DNA of 51,861 bases from Reclinomonas americana ATCC 50394 (GCA_048213135.1 PS015130.1:3584-55444); one strand, 5' to 3'. Counted from the first letter of the stretch, positions 12,047 through 24,773 are shown. The notes: generated by a model from the sequence alone, not told the origin. Numbers and translations are program-made.

Positions 12047-14511
12047 GGGGGTGTTCGAGCATCAGTCACCCTTAAATTTTTCGAAAGTGAACCCTTAAGT
12101 TTTCCTGGGCCTCTTCATGACCCCTTAACTTTTTGGCATCCTTGTACGTCATGGATCCCGGGCAGCTGCAGCCTCACCGCGGTTCCGTCGAGTGCCGTCT
12201 TGTGTCCAAGGATGTGGAGGAATGCATCGTCAACCGTACCTACAACCTCACTGGCCGCGCGCAGCGCGCGCTCCGTTTTGCTGAGCTATCGACAACGACA
12301 CTGTTCAACACTCACGTGCTAGAGCAGCTGGCCTTGCCCGACTGTGGAGATCGCGCAAGTCTCACTGTTCTCCAAGCAGACGAGGAGTGGAGTGTGCATC
12401 TTCTCTCCTGCGGAGATGTTGCGTTTGCGCCAAACTTGCTCAGTAACCACTGCAACTGCACGCACGCACACACACACACATGCACTCAAGCACACAAGCA
12501 CATGCACAGCTGGCACAGTGTTAATTCTCCGCACATTTTGTGGCTCACTGCATTCCTCGTCTCCAGCCTCTCATGCAGGGCGGAGCATGCAGACCAACCG
12601 TATGACTATGACCTTGTACCGTGGCGACCTACCTGGCAAAGTGACCTCCTACAGCAGGCACAGAGATCGGTGCTGTTCCTTATCGGTGAGTGACGGCTCA
12701 TTTGCGTCTGTGGTTCCGCTGTCGCACTCAAATCACAACAGTGGTCTGCACTGCTGTTCCACGCGAGCGCAATGTCAACATCGTACTGTCTTACCGTGGT
12801 GGAGCTGGTGGTGGCTCCATTGGCAAGCGCGTTCGCGAAAGAGACTGCGATGAAGATGGGCAGCAGGAGAAACGCAACTTCGTCGCAGTCGAACTCCTCC
12901 GGGTCCGCCTCTGGCTCTGGTTCCTCTTCGTCCTCCAGGGTCGATGCGGCTGCCGCAGCTATCGCAGAGAGACAATCGAATTCCGAAATCGCAGCAGCAA
13001 CGAGAGCTTGCTCGTCTGATCTCAGATTTCAGCAACTCTCCGCAGGTCCGATCGACGGGAAGTAAGTACCGTCTGCATCCAAGGGCACCATCTGGCGGTT
13101 TGTCATCGGCAAGACAATGGCACCTTTCAACCAACTATCTCAGCGGACCGCAGTCGTCGGGTGCGCCTGCTGCGCCCGTTGCACATCCCCGGTTGGCTGC
13201 CAATCGGGACACACGGACTGCCGCTGCCGCGGCGCTCGCCGCTGCGCCGGCCGCACAAGCATCTGCGTCGGGATCGGCGCCTCCGCCCTTGCTGGCAACG
13301 CAGCTGCAGCGCCCTTTGGCGGCGGTCGCAGCTTCTCTGCCAAATGCAATGACTTTCACCGTCGGCCGGTCGCAACGCCCTGTGCTCATTCCTGCGGGCC
13401 TAGGTGGAAGGGGTGCAGCGCTTCGGAATGTCGTGAGTAGCCAGACAGTTCTGGTTCCCGTCCGCCACCCTAGCCCTGTCGGCTCTCATGTCAAGCAGGC
13501 GGCACCGTTGTCGGTATTGGTTCGCAGTATCGATGTCGATCGGTCGAGTCCAGGGCTGGCAGCACCAGTGCCACCGCTGGAACTGCAGCCGGTGCCTGCA
13601 CCTCCATCTTGTGCACCGTTCGTGCCACGGCCACCACCGCCATCGCCGCCACCACCGCCACCACCAGCACTGCCGCTATCACCGCCACCACCGCCACCAC
13701 CAGCGCCGCCACTGGATGCCACTCGCAGTGCAGGTGCAGGTGCAGCTGCAACCGAGACGCCGGAACCTAGCTATAGGCCTCGCCTTCCCCTCGGCCTGCC
13801 ACCACCGCTTCCGCTGCTGCTGCAAGCAGTCACACCCGGTGGCTAAGGGGCAGCTGGAAGTGCAGGGGCGCTTGCTGCTGCTGCGAGGCTGACGCATCTC
13901 CCTCCGACACCGGCATACGGTGTTGCAGGCGTCGAACCGCGGCCGGCGGCGGTGTACCACAGCGAGGACAGCTGCAGCGGCGAAGAGCCAGACTTGTCAA
14001 TGGAGAATTTCACCTCCGGATATCCGCGAAGCGAAATTTTTTACATCAGCAAGAGCAGATGATGCTTGTCGATGATGAGTAAAATGGCCTCGTGGCTGTT
14101 GAATGTGCAGTTGAATTGATACAGAACCGTACCGATACGAATAGAATGAATGATCATGATCGATCGGTCGACTGGAATGCTGGATAAGTTGAGTCTTCTG
14201 TAGATTGGCTCCTGTTTGCAAACCATCACAGCCAACCATCAGCAACGCTATGAGTGATTGCTGTGAGTTAAATGCAAGGCATGGGCATTCTCGCCGGGAA
14301 GATTTCATCGAAATACAAGCTTGAAACGGACCGTTTCCACCAGAACTGGGCGAATTTGGCAGCCGAAACGGCCTGCCTGGCTGGTGTGGATTCGTTAGTT
14401 ACCCCTAGACTATTTTGCCGAAGGCACCGCTAACTTTGTTGAACCCGGGCTCCAATGGGCCTCAGTTACCCCCAAAGAAAATGTGAACCAGGGACACGCT
14501 CGAACACCCCC
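12047..14511. mobile_element. Putative non-autonomous DNA transposon with 14-bp TIRs and a 6-bp TSD
   Basis: GGGGGTGTTCGAGC (12047-12060) is the exact reverse complement of GCTCGAACACCCCC (14498-14511). TGTGTC flanks both ends (12041-12046, 14512-14517). Subterminal ACCC(C)TTAA-like repeats are present. No transposase recognised. Confidence 0.75.
12151..13065 (+). CDS. Hypothetical spliced ORF inside the TIR element
   Basis: Open frames with plausible introns (donors at 12418 GTTGCGT and about 12686 GTGAGT). Exon phases are not resolved and no known domain is seen. Confidence 0.3.
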
Positions 14512-14607
14512 TGTGTCGGTGTGCGGGGGATATCGACATGCAGGACAACTTCACTCTTTTCGCGTTGCTTCGTTGCTTCGTTGCTTGCTCATTCCACGCC
14601 CGCTGTC

Positions 14608-16779
14608 TCATTTGGAGAGATGCTCGGTGCAAAAGAGGCGGTCCTTGATGACCTCTGTCATGAGGCCGAGCACTTGTTCGGTGCCGAGTCTGGCACAGTC
14701 GCGACTCAACTTGACCAGCGCCGAGTCCTTCTTGCGACTGCCTGAGCCGCTGCCGCCACCACCACCGCCACCACCACCCATGCCGGCGCTGCCGCTGCCG
14801 GCGGTGAAGTGGAGAGAAGATTGGCGGCTGCCGTAGCGAGAGCCGCCGTCGACTTCGGCCTTTTCAATCTTGCTGGTAATGTCGACGACTTGGTCCGCAA
14901 TGTGGTTGCGATTCTGCGCAGCGGGAGAGTGAGGGACACCCCCTGACGAGATAGAGAGAGGGAGAGAGGAGCGCTGCCGTACCGACAGCAGCGATGAGGA
15001 GGCCAGTGTGGAGACCCAGTACTTGTTCCACAACACCTCCAGCAGCCTGGCGTCGGAGGAGCTCTTAAAGTACGACACCTCCAGCGGGTAGTACCGGTTG
15101 GCATGCACACCAAAGTCCTCGATCTTGCTCAGCGGGATGCTCTGGTAGTCGTCGTCGGCGGCATCTGGTGGCTTGTAGTCTTCGGGGTATGTGCGGAACG
15201 CGCCCAGCTCCACCTTGCCAGCCGCGGAGGTCTTGACCGGGTCAATCTGGGGGAGAAGGAGGAGTGGTTGAGAAGGAGGAGGAGGAGGGGGAGAGGTGGA
15301 GGAGGAGGAGAAGGAGGGAAAAAGGCCAAGAAGAAGAAGAAGGAGAAGAAGGAGAAGAAAAGAAGGAGAATGAAGGAGGAGCAGCCAAACAAGAGGAGAA
15401 GGAGAAAGAGGAGGAGAAGAAGAAGGAGAAGAAAACGAAGAAGGAGGAGAAGAAGAAGAAGAAGAAGAAGAAGAAAAGAAAAGATGAAGAAGAAGATTTA
15501 CAAGGAGAAGAAGAAGAAGGAGAAGAAGAAGAAAAAGAAAAAAAGAAGAAGAAGATTTACAAGGAGAAGAAGAAGAACAAGAAGAGGAACAAGAAGAAGG
15601 AGAAGAAGAAGGTGAAGAAGAAGAAGAAGAAGAAGAAAAAGAAGAAGAAGAAGGTGAAGAAGAAGAAGAAGAAGAAGAAGAAGAAGAAGAAGAAGAAGAA
15701 GAAGGAGAAGAAAAAGAAGAAGAAGAAGAAGAAGAAGAAAAGAAAGAAGTAGAGACGGAGAGAGGGGGGAAGGAGAAGAAGAAGGAGAAGAAGAAGAAGA
15801 ACAAGAACAAGAACAAGAAGATTTACAAGGTGAAGAAGAAGAAGGAGAAGGAGAAGAAGGGGAAGAAGAAGAAGAATACCGAGAGACCAGCGAGGGAAAA
15901 GACCAAGAAGAAGAGGGGCAAGCGGAATGATCCAGCTCAGCTTGACGGGACATCGACCTGCTCCTTCTGCCCCCTTCCACGCAACGACCACGGCCAAGTA
16001 CGGATCCGTGTGCTCCTGATTGCTCATCTGCGTCGACACATCAATGCCCGACAGCCAGCACCCGTAGCCCGGATGCGAGTGATACCAGCCGACGACATAC
16101 TCGCGCCTTCCGGCCTCCTGCGCCATGCACGAGTACGTGACCATGTACTCATTGGCCGAGTCGGCCGCACTCACTCGCGTCTCGGTGCCCTCCACCGGCA
16201 ACGCAAACGAGTCCATAATCACAAAAGTCTCGCCCTCAATCTTGCCCTGCAACAGGCCCATCACCTCCAGAGGCACGCCACTGCGTGCGTGCATGACCAT
16301 CTTCAGCAGTGCAAGTGCGCTGATGCGGACGCGCTTGAAGTAGCCCACACTGTGTGTGCAAGGAGTGAGGTTGTTGTTGTCCACACTTTGATGAAAGTGT
16401 GGGGGAAAAAAGAAGCGGAACTCTTTCGCCCATGGCTTGGCCTGCATCAGAGCAGCGTCGGGTCGATGCCTGTACACTGCGTCGAGGTCCTCCACGCCCT
16501 CTGTAAGAGCAAGAGAGTGTGAGAGCGGAAATGGCGAACTTGTCTTGTGCGCTCACACACACACAGACACACGCGCGCGATTGCGATCAACACACACAGA
16601 CAGTATGCACACACGCAAGAGTGCGAGAGAGAGAGACACGAGCGCGCATTGTGTAAACAAGTGCTATTCTCATCTCTTGTCTGACCACGCATTCTCTCTC
16701 TCTTTCTCTTTCTCTCCAAGCAGGCACGCTCACCGATCTGGTTCTCCAGCTCAAACTGCCGTAACGCGTTGCCAGCCAT
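14608..16779 (-). CDS. CSN5: COP9 signalosome subunit 5 (JAMM/MPN+ deneddylase)
   Basis: [58 protein letters not shown], the intact JAMM motif [17 protein letters not shown], and [17 protein letters not shown]. Confidence 0.96.
15250..15920. repeat. GAA/GGA polypurine low-complexity tract within a CSN5 intron (15247-15985)
   Basis: Almost pure purine on the + strand, with gaagatttacaagg repeated three times. Confidence 0.9.
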
Positions 16780-16930
16780 CGCGATTGAAGCACACACGAA
16801 TGGATCGTCAACCAACCAAAAGTCACTTTTGCCGACTTTTACTCTTCTTGCGCGCCTGCACCACGCACTCTCCTCACTCAGCAGACCTCTTCTCTCTGTC
16901 TGCCTGTCTCCCTCTCTCTCTTTTCACACC

Positions 16931-17532
16931 ATGAGACAACCTCTTCTCCTTGTCGTCCTCCTTCCTNNNNNNNNNNNNNNNNNNNNGAGAGAGAGAGCAG
17001 AGAGTAGAGAGAGAGAGAGTCGGAACTTTCTCTCCTTTCCTCTCTTTCTGTCTGCTTTTCGCTTTTCACAGCCGTCTTTGTACACCTCGAGGGACGCTCG
17101 TGCTTCTCTGACTCTCCGTCTCTCGTATTGCGCGCAAGAGAAGTTCCCGTGTGAAAAGCGGACATCATTCCTCACTTGCCTTTTGTCGCTCTCTCATCCT
17201 CTCTCTGTCTCTCCTCCTCCCTCCCTCTCTCCCTCTCTGCTCCTCTCCCACTCAGCAAGTGGGGTGGAGTTTGCCTGCTCATTGTTACATTTGGCAATGA
17301 TTCTCACTTGTCTCCCGCGCGCAGAACACTGGTCTTGACACTTGGGCAACCGCCGGCTTCAACAACATGCTGTTCTCGCAGTCAATCGGCTCCTTTGATG
17401 CCAAGGTGCGTGTTCCCGTGCACGTTGTAGGCGAGTGCGCGTCTCCTCACCACGCGGCGTCACAGAATCGCATTTTCTACACGGTCGTTCAGTCCAATGG
17501 AAATGTTGCGTGGCGTGTGGCCTCCATGCCGT

Positions 17533-17570
<38 letters not shown>

Positions 17571-18699
17571 GCACGTGCAGATGATTACGGCCATTGTGGG
17601 TATTGATGCAGCGAGTGGCAGCGTGGTGCGACGCGTGGAGATGCCATTTCTTCCATTCCAGGTGCTCATCCACATTTTTTCTTCTCACCTTTTTGACTAG
17701 TCGTTCTCACTGCTTCATTCCTGTTTCTGCAGATTGCCGGGTACGGCCACTACGTGCAGTATGCGGCCGACACGTTTCGTCGTTTCCTTTCCCGCCCACG
17801 CGATCGTGAGCTCGCATTGCAGCTGACACGCTCTCTCGGAACATGTTTTTCGCAGTGGTGTCGTGTATGCCACAGGTCGCGCCACAAAGCCCGATCTGTA
17901 CCAGCAGCACCAGATCTGGTCCATTAACTCCAACAGCACACTGTCGCTGATCGCCAACCTCGGTGACATGAACATGACTGGCGAGCCGCTGCCGGGTGGT
18001 TCTGCCTGTTGCGTCGGCCTCGCTGCTTGCTCTTCGCGACGACACCTCCTCATTCATTCACTTCTCACCTCAGACGACCCCGTGCATGGCCTCTTCTGGA
18101 TGCTGGCGGGCCTCGACATTGACGATAACATTTACATTTACGCGTTCGACATCAAGACCGGTGCGCGTCGGCATCGAGTCAACGACGGACCCAACTCGTT
18201 TGTGTCGTTTGGCTATGATGTTGCGCCCACGCTTCCTCCCTTTCTCCTGTCCTCCCTCCTCCGCTCACACTCGCCTCCACAGGCCAAGACGGGTGACATT
18301 TTCGGTGTGGGCATGCGCGACGACCCCGTGCGTCGCTTCATCTTTTCGTGGGTGCGCCTGCAGACTGCCACCGGCAACATGGTGCACGTTGTCGACCTGC
18401 CGCAGTTTTACGATATGATTCTCGGCGAGATGGCCGTGGAGAGCGCCTCACGCAAGGCGTATCTCATTCTCAACAGCACGCCACTGAGCACCAGCGGCAA
18501 GAATCCGCGCTCGGCCTCCCACTATCACGCCAAGCGCCACGGATACACGTGGTCGCAGCAGCAGCAGTCGGCGGAGGAGCACCCGCTCGGCGATCCGTTT
18601 GGCATTGTGCAGATCAACCTCGACACGGGCGCTGTCATCAGCACCGGCTCACCGTGCGGCGACGACTGCCCCGTCATTATTCAGGCCACGCATCCATGA
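16931..18699 (+). CDS. Hypothetical secreted protein (multi-exon, possibly beta-rich)
   Basis: Signal-peptide-like start MRQPLLLVVLLP and several GT-AG-bounded exons ending ...CGDDCPVIIQATHP*. Head-to-head with CSN5. Confidence 0.6.
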
Positions 18700-19215
18700 A
18701 ACAGGTCTCATGCATGGGCTGTACATACGAAGAGCGACATTAAAAAAAACTGGTGATGATGCGAGATTGGTTCACAAAATGTTCAGTATTTTACACCGCG
18801 CGGTTTGTGTACAAAAAGTAAAGGACTGGGATTCAAAAAGAGACGGTCCAGGTGGGGGAGGGNNNNNNNNNNNNNNNNNNNNNNNNNNNNNNNNATGATG
18901 ATGATGATGATGATGACTCGTTGACAGTGCCTGTGTATGTGTGTGTCAGAGAGAGCGATGAGTGGTGAGTTGGCGGCATTGTGAGTGGCGTGCGTGACTT
19001 AACAATGCGCGTCAATGAGCTCGTCGGCGATGTGTTCTGATGATGATAGCATGGCGTTTGTGCGTGTGTGCGAGAAGAAGGAGGAGGAGGAGTGGTGAAA
19101 GCTCAGCGAAGAAACGAACAAGAAACCAAAATGCGATGCGCATAATCGCACTTTCGCCGACTGATGCAATGCTCGGGGGTTTTTTTAATGCGAGTCGCAC
19201 CTTCCCCCTGGGGTC

Positions 19216-22200
19216 TTACTCCAACGACGCCGAGATATCGGAGGCGTGTGTGGTCATGCCGGCGGGCGTCATCATGGAGTGCACTTGATTCGGGCTTCGC
19301 AGGTTGCCCGGAGTTGAGAGCACCTTGAGTTCCATGTCGCCCGGTGCCATCGGTGAAAAGATGTCGTTGTGGCGATCGTTCAGCGTCTGGTGTGTGTATG
19401 TGGCTGCGTTAGTGGCAGGCGGTTTGTGCACGTGGATCGCAGCGGGTGACAGACCTTGTGTAGGGAGGCTCGGGAGAGCCACAAACCGAACTCGGCGCTC
19501 AGCAGCGGGTTGGCGTACGACTCTGGCACCGACCACTCGCACCCGTCCTTGTAGAATTCGCTCTCTGGCGTGCCCGGCAGCATCATCAACTGCGTGCGCG
19601 AGACGTGAGGGATATGGTGGGCGCAGGCGGCGCGAAACGAAATCGCATGACGAGCGCACCACAAAGGCGGTAAGCGCGCCGCCGACCACGGAGATGCCAA
19701 TAGTGACACCCATGGTGGCCAGCTGGTACAGTGGCTGGTGCTTGCCGTTGCGGAACAGCTCCTGGTACTGGTCGCCCGGGTAGAGGGTGGGTGTGGCGAC
19801 GGCGGTGGCCACCACCGCAGCAAAGCCACCCAGCAGACCCGGCATGCAGTGCAGATTGGCGACGCCGCACGTGTCTTGCAAGTGGAACCGGTGCAGCAGC
19901 CACGGAGACACGTAGGTGAAGCCGACGGTCGACAGCACACCAGCAATCGAGCCAATTGTCAGTGCCGACTGCCGCGGCAGACACAAGCGTCAGCCAAGAG
20001 CACCACTGAAGCAGGTGAGCGTTTACAAGACTCACCCCCGGGCTGATTGTGAGATCGGCACAGGCACCCATCGCCACACCACCGGCAATGGTGGCGTTCT
20101 GCACGTGCACCATATTGAAGTGCCCGCACAGGTAGCGCGTGGTGCAAAACGTCATGACAATGGCGCCGAGCAGCGACAGCACAGTGTTGATAATGGCGCG
20201 ATACTGATTGTTGCCAGCAGGGTCGCAGTTGAACGACGGCCAGCTGAGGGAGGAGGAGGAGAAGATAGAGAAACAGTGAGAGGCCTGCATGCAGGATGAA
20301 AACCGCTGCGTGCTGAACGCAACAAACTGCGGCACAGAAACAATGTGAGAACGATGCTGTGTGAATCGGAGAAGACGAGAGCGAGACGCAACATCCACAA
20401 AAAGATGGTGCCGATCATGGACGACAGATCCGAATGATACACCGACGACATGTCCGCGGGTGGAGTGAGACCGGCAAAATGACGCACGCCGAGGACGGCC
20501 GACATGGAGAGGCCGAAGAATGCGCCAAACATGTGAATGTACATGCTGGCGATGCGATGCGATGCGTTGAGCGCCGTGAATTAAGCTGCGCGCTCTTCTT
20601 CATCACACTCACCTTCCTCCGGCATCCGTGGCATGGAAATGGTAGTGCCCAATGTAAAAGTTGACGGCGTACATCATCACCTCGAGGATCGTCATGTACA
20701 GCAGTTGCACCGACGACACACGGCCAATGACCACTCCAAACGTGATGAGCACGGTGGCGGCGGCAAAGCAGCCCTCGATGGGGTACCGCACATCGATCTG
20801 CAGAGTGGACCACACGCCGGTGGCGGCGCGCTCGGCGACCTTGTCGAAGAAGCCAATGTTCAACACGCCCCACTGAATGCACATGGCCGTGATGAAAAAC
20901 GTCATGCCCAGCGACATGAAGCCGGCGCGGCGCAGGAATGTCATCAGGTAGCCAAAGCCGATGAGCATCATAATCACGATGCCGAGGTACAGGCTGTTCG
21001 GAGCAGGGGAGAAGGAGGAGATGAGAAGAAAAAGGAGAGAGGGAGAGGGAGAGACAAGAGACAACAGAGAACGATGGCGGAAACAAGAACTCTGACGAGT
21101 GTAGAGAACGTGAGAGAAAGGCGCCTTGTCGCAGACGCGGCGACGACAGAGTGAGAGAGAGGAGTCAACAGAGAACGGCGGTGGAAAGAGAACGTGAAGT
21201 GAGAAAGAGAGACGTCGACGAGAGACTAGTGAGCAAGTACCAGAGCAGATGGGTGCGACTGCACGGGCACAGAGGAATGGAGAAGATCGCTTCTGCTCGA
21301 TCATCTATCATCTCCCTTTCCCTCCCTTCCTCTCTTTCTCCTCTTGCCACGCAACACATAATGATCCTCGACGCGGAAGTGCGCGCCCAGCTGCAGCTCC
21401 TCGTTGTGCCCGTCGGCGTAGTCGGTGGTGCGCCAGAAGAGCACAATCATCGCAATCTGAAACAACACCGCTGGCACCACAAATGCCATGCGACCAGGTG
21501 CCAGAGACGATGAAGGCGAAGGTGAAGGTGAAGAAGAAGAAGCAGGCTTGGTGATAGCAGTCCCTTCCTCGCGATGCACACATCCAGTGGCGAACTGGAG
21601 CAACGTCACCAGCTGCGGAGACGAGAAGCGTGAGTCAACAGCCCGTGCGTTGAAGGTGTGTGCGAGGAGTGGCGGAACTCGGTCGCGGCGCTCGCGAATG
21701 TCAGTGAGCTCGTCCTCTGCCATGCGAATGCGACTGCCATCGCGTCCCTTTTGCCCGAGAAGCGCTGATGTGAAGGATATCGAAGGAAGGAATGTCAGGA
21801 AACTCTTGCCATTTGCGGACTGAAAACTCCACACACACACTTCGACTGTGCGACTCACCCGACAAGTGCTCCGCGGCCGACACCTCTGCCGCGTTCAGCC
21901 ACTGCGAACAATAGAGAACGCAAGAACATAGAGAGAGAGAGCAAGTGAGTTCGAGATCGTGGCCATCTCGCGCACCATCTTGGCCAGCGCACACCACCAA
22001 CGCAACGTCAATGTGTGTCGCCAGCTTCTCCCGCACCCTGCGCTCCACGCGCACACACACACACAAAGGCGACAGAGAAAGAAGGAGGAAGTGAGCGGGC
22101 ACGCACACGCGCATCTGATCGAATCTACACGAAAAACTTCTCACACAGTCTCCCTCTCTCATTCCTCTCTCGCGCGCACACACGCAAGCGCACCGTTGCG

Positions 22201-22414
22201 CGGTCTCCACATTGTCAGGCCGGTGAAGCCACGGAGTCGCTGGCGATTGCTGCACCTTGGCGGCTGGCATTGCTTCCCGTTGTTCGGTAAGAGTTTGGTC
22301 CTCCCCCTCGCGTGGTTCGGCGCGCGCACCAACTGCAACAACAGGCATGCCAGTTATGGCTGCAGTGGCCACGGGCACGGCTGCATCACGAGGCTGCGGC
22401 GGTGGGGCACTCAT
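19216..22414 (-). CDS. Rhesus (Rh)-type ammonium transporter with a probable N-terminal extension
   Basis: [70 protein letters not shown] and [13 protein letters not shown]. Both twin-His residues are present. The start codon is uncertain. Confidence 0.92.
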
Positions 22415-22646
22415 GAAAATATTTAGCGCAACAACAAACACGCGCTGACGCACTCTCCTTTTGGAAAGCGGCGACGTCGCGTGTCCCGCACTCACTATTT
22501 GCATTCCACCTTCCTCGTTGCGTCTCCCTCGCGTGCTCTCTTTCCCCTCGTGCATGCACGTGTGTGCACCGCCGCTCCCCCCTACTCCCCACTCTTTCTC
22601 GGCCAAGTGAACTCACAAAATAATTTCTCCGCTCGCATGCAGAGAA

Positions 22647-23591
22647 ATGGGCTCGTATCAATCCGCTCCCGCCAAGCCCGCTGTGGCCGTGTACCCTGCG
22701 ACGTCGCAGTCGGGCTATGCCTTCCTGGAGGCCATGGTGCCACACGCGGACAAGTTCCAGATTGTGGCCATTGTGCGTTCAGAAGAGCGCGCAGCTGAGA
22801 TCCGCGCGCGCTTTTCGAACACTGACCCGCGCGCCATCGAGTGCCGCGTGTGCGACGACGCCGAGGACGAGGGCAAGATCGCACAGGCACTGGCGTGTGT
22901 GCAGGGCGCGTTCCTGGTGACCCCGCATCACCCCGACCGCGGTCGCATGACCGAGTGCATGATCCGTGCCGCGCGCGTGGCGAAGGTCATCGACATTGTG
23001 GTGGCGGGGTCGTGGACGGCCGCGCACCCGCACCCACGGTTCGACCTGGACTTTGGGTCGGTGGAACGCACGGCGGCGGAGGTGTTCCCGCACCACGCGG
23101 CGGTGTTGCGCTCCGGCTTTTTCATGTCGAACTTCCTCGCGGCCGCCAACAGCGTCAAGGCTCGCAGCACGATCTACACGCCCATGCGTGACAAGCGCAT
23201 GGCGGTGGTCGACCCCGACGATATTGGCCACACGGCGGCGGCGCTGTTGCGCAACCCGCCGCCGGTCAGCACCGGCTACGAGGACGAGCTGCACCTGGTG
23301 CATGTGTCGGGCCCCGAGAGCTTCTCGTACGCGGACTTTGGCGCGCTGCTGGCCGCGACCCTGGGCAAGCCGATCGAGGTGGTGCAGGTGCCGTTTGAGC
23401 AGGCGGCGCAGGGCATGAAGGGCGCGGGCGTGCCGGACTACGAAATCGAGTTTGTGGAGGCGCTGTTGCCGCACGTTCTCGACGGCACTGCGCGCATCGA
23501 GACGCCGTACCCCGATGTGGAGGCGCTCACCGGTCGCCGCTCGACGCTGCACAGTTGGCTGCAGCGCAACAAGACCGCGTTCATGGCGTAA
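22647..23591 (+). CDS. NmrA-like / atypical SDR NAD(P)-binding protein, intronless
   Basis: 314-aa ORF with VAIVRS, GAFLVTP, VLRSGFFMSNF, VVDPDDIG, VSGPESFSYAD, LGKPIEVVQVP and DVEALTGR. Confidence 0.88.
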   Translation: MGSYQSAPAKPAVAVYPATSQSGYAFLEAMVPHADKFQIVAIVRSEERAAEIRARFSNTDPRAIECRVCDDAEDEGKIAQALACVQGAFLVTPHHPDRGRMTECMIRAARVAKVIDIVVAGSWTAAHPHPRFDLDFGSVERTAAEVFPHHAAVLRSGFFMSNFLAAANSVKARSTIYTPMRDKRMAVVDPDDIGHTAAALLRNPPPVSTGYEDELHLVHVSGPESFSYADFGALLAATLGKPIEVVQVPFEQAAQGMKGAGVPDYEIEFVEALLPHVLDGTARIETPYPDVEALTGRRSTLHSWLQRNKTAFMA

Positions 23592-24356
23592 AGTGCGAAG
23601 GGGGGAGACGAGAGAGAGGGGACAGCAATCGCAATCGATGATTAATGAAGAAATCCAGATGATGAGCTGCAAGAAGGAGAAGGAAGTGATGTGAGCGTGC
23701 ACTGCAGAGAGCGGTGAAGTGCTCTGCTCCTGACCATGATATTGCGATACAGGTGCACGGCTGCGGGTTAAATTGGCGGCGCAGCACGAGGCGAGTGCAC
23801 AGAGCGATGAGTGTTGCCGTCACGTGCCTCAGCGCAGCAGTGGGCACACCTCGTGTCCGTGCATGATGACGCCGACAACCGACTGGAGACACAGCTGAAA
23901 ATGGAAGCGAGGCCCCGAATATCGACCACGGGAAGACTCAGTGTCTTCACCCCGTGCGTGTGGGTGACACGACGCCACGCGTACAGAGTTAGTGATGAGA
24001 AGGCGACAAGCAAGTGCCTTTTCACGCCTCGGGAAACTCTCACAAACGACGAACAAATCTTGCGACTGGTGCACTGGTCTTCCCCGCAGGAAAGAGACGG
24101 AGGAGAGGAGAGGTTATGGCAGAAGAGCGTGTACGTCCATATACATACGCAGTCGCCCTGCGCTGAGAGATCTGTACACATGTACAGCTGCAGTACAAGA
24201 GGAGATCTGTCACTGTGACTGGTGCAAGGTTTCCTTTGTTCTCCGAGCTGCTATACATTGCTCCAGCTCACGCCTACTACCTCCTCCACCTCCCTCTCCC
24301 TCTCCCCCTCCACTCCACCACTTCTCGCAACGAGGTGTCCGGATTCACGCCCTGAA

Positions 24357-24773
24357 TCACAGCGCATCACAAATGTCCTTGGTGGCCTGCACACCGGCAT
24401 TCAGCGTCTCCTCGTACACGTGCACACCAGTGTTGACCGCCTGCTGATCGTGAGAAGCAACGAAAGAAGAAAACGCGCACTCAGAAATAACACAAAAACG
24501 AAACAGCGACAGGCCCGAGAGGACCAAGCGGACCAAGCTCGCCTGCAAGCACACACACATTATAAGCAACAGCATATGCACACACGTACACTGACAGGCC
24601 GGGTGTCTCATACCAAGCGGTCCCAGTGGACCTTTTGCAAGCAAGTGAGACAAAAGGAAGAATGCAAAATGAAAAAGCAAGCTGCGATCTCCCTCACCAA
24701 GCGGGCCCAGCTGTCCCAGCGGACCGAGTGGACCCATAGGTCCATACGCAGCCGGATCGTTCATCTCCTCCAT
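24357..24773 (-). CDS. 70-aa peptide with 11 consecutive Gly-X-Y triplets (exons 24698-24773, 24614-24631, 24511-24542, 24357-24443)
   Basis: Manual splicing at GT-AG sites gives MEEMNDPAAY-GPMGPLGPLGQLGPLGPLGPLGELGPLGPLGPQ-AVNTGVHVYEETLNAGVQATKDICDAL*, 213 nt in frame. Confidence 0.6.
   Translation of the reverse strand: MEEMNDPAAYGPMGPLGPLGQLGPLGEGDRSLLFHFAFFLLSHLLAKGPLGPLGMRHPACQCTCVHMLLLIMCVCLQASLVRLVLSGLSLFRFCVISECAFSSFVASHDQQAVNTGVHVYEETLNAGVQATKDICDAL

Noticed and set aside
15103-15980. Poly-Lys/Arg/Phe/Ser ORFs
   Set aside because: These are translations of the intronic GAA tract.
23600-24350. Short ORFs between the NmrA-like gene and the Gly-X-Y gene
   Set aside because: No recognisable motif or consistent exon chain.
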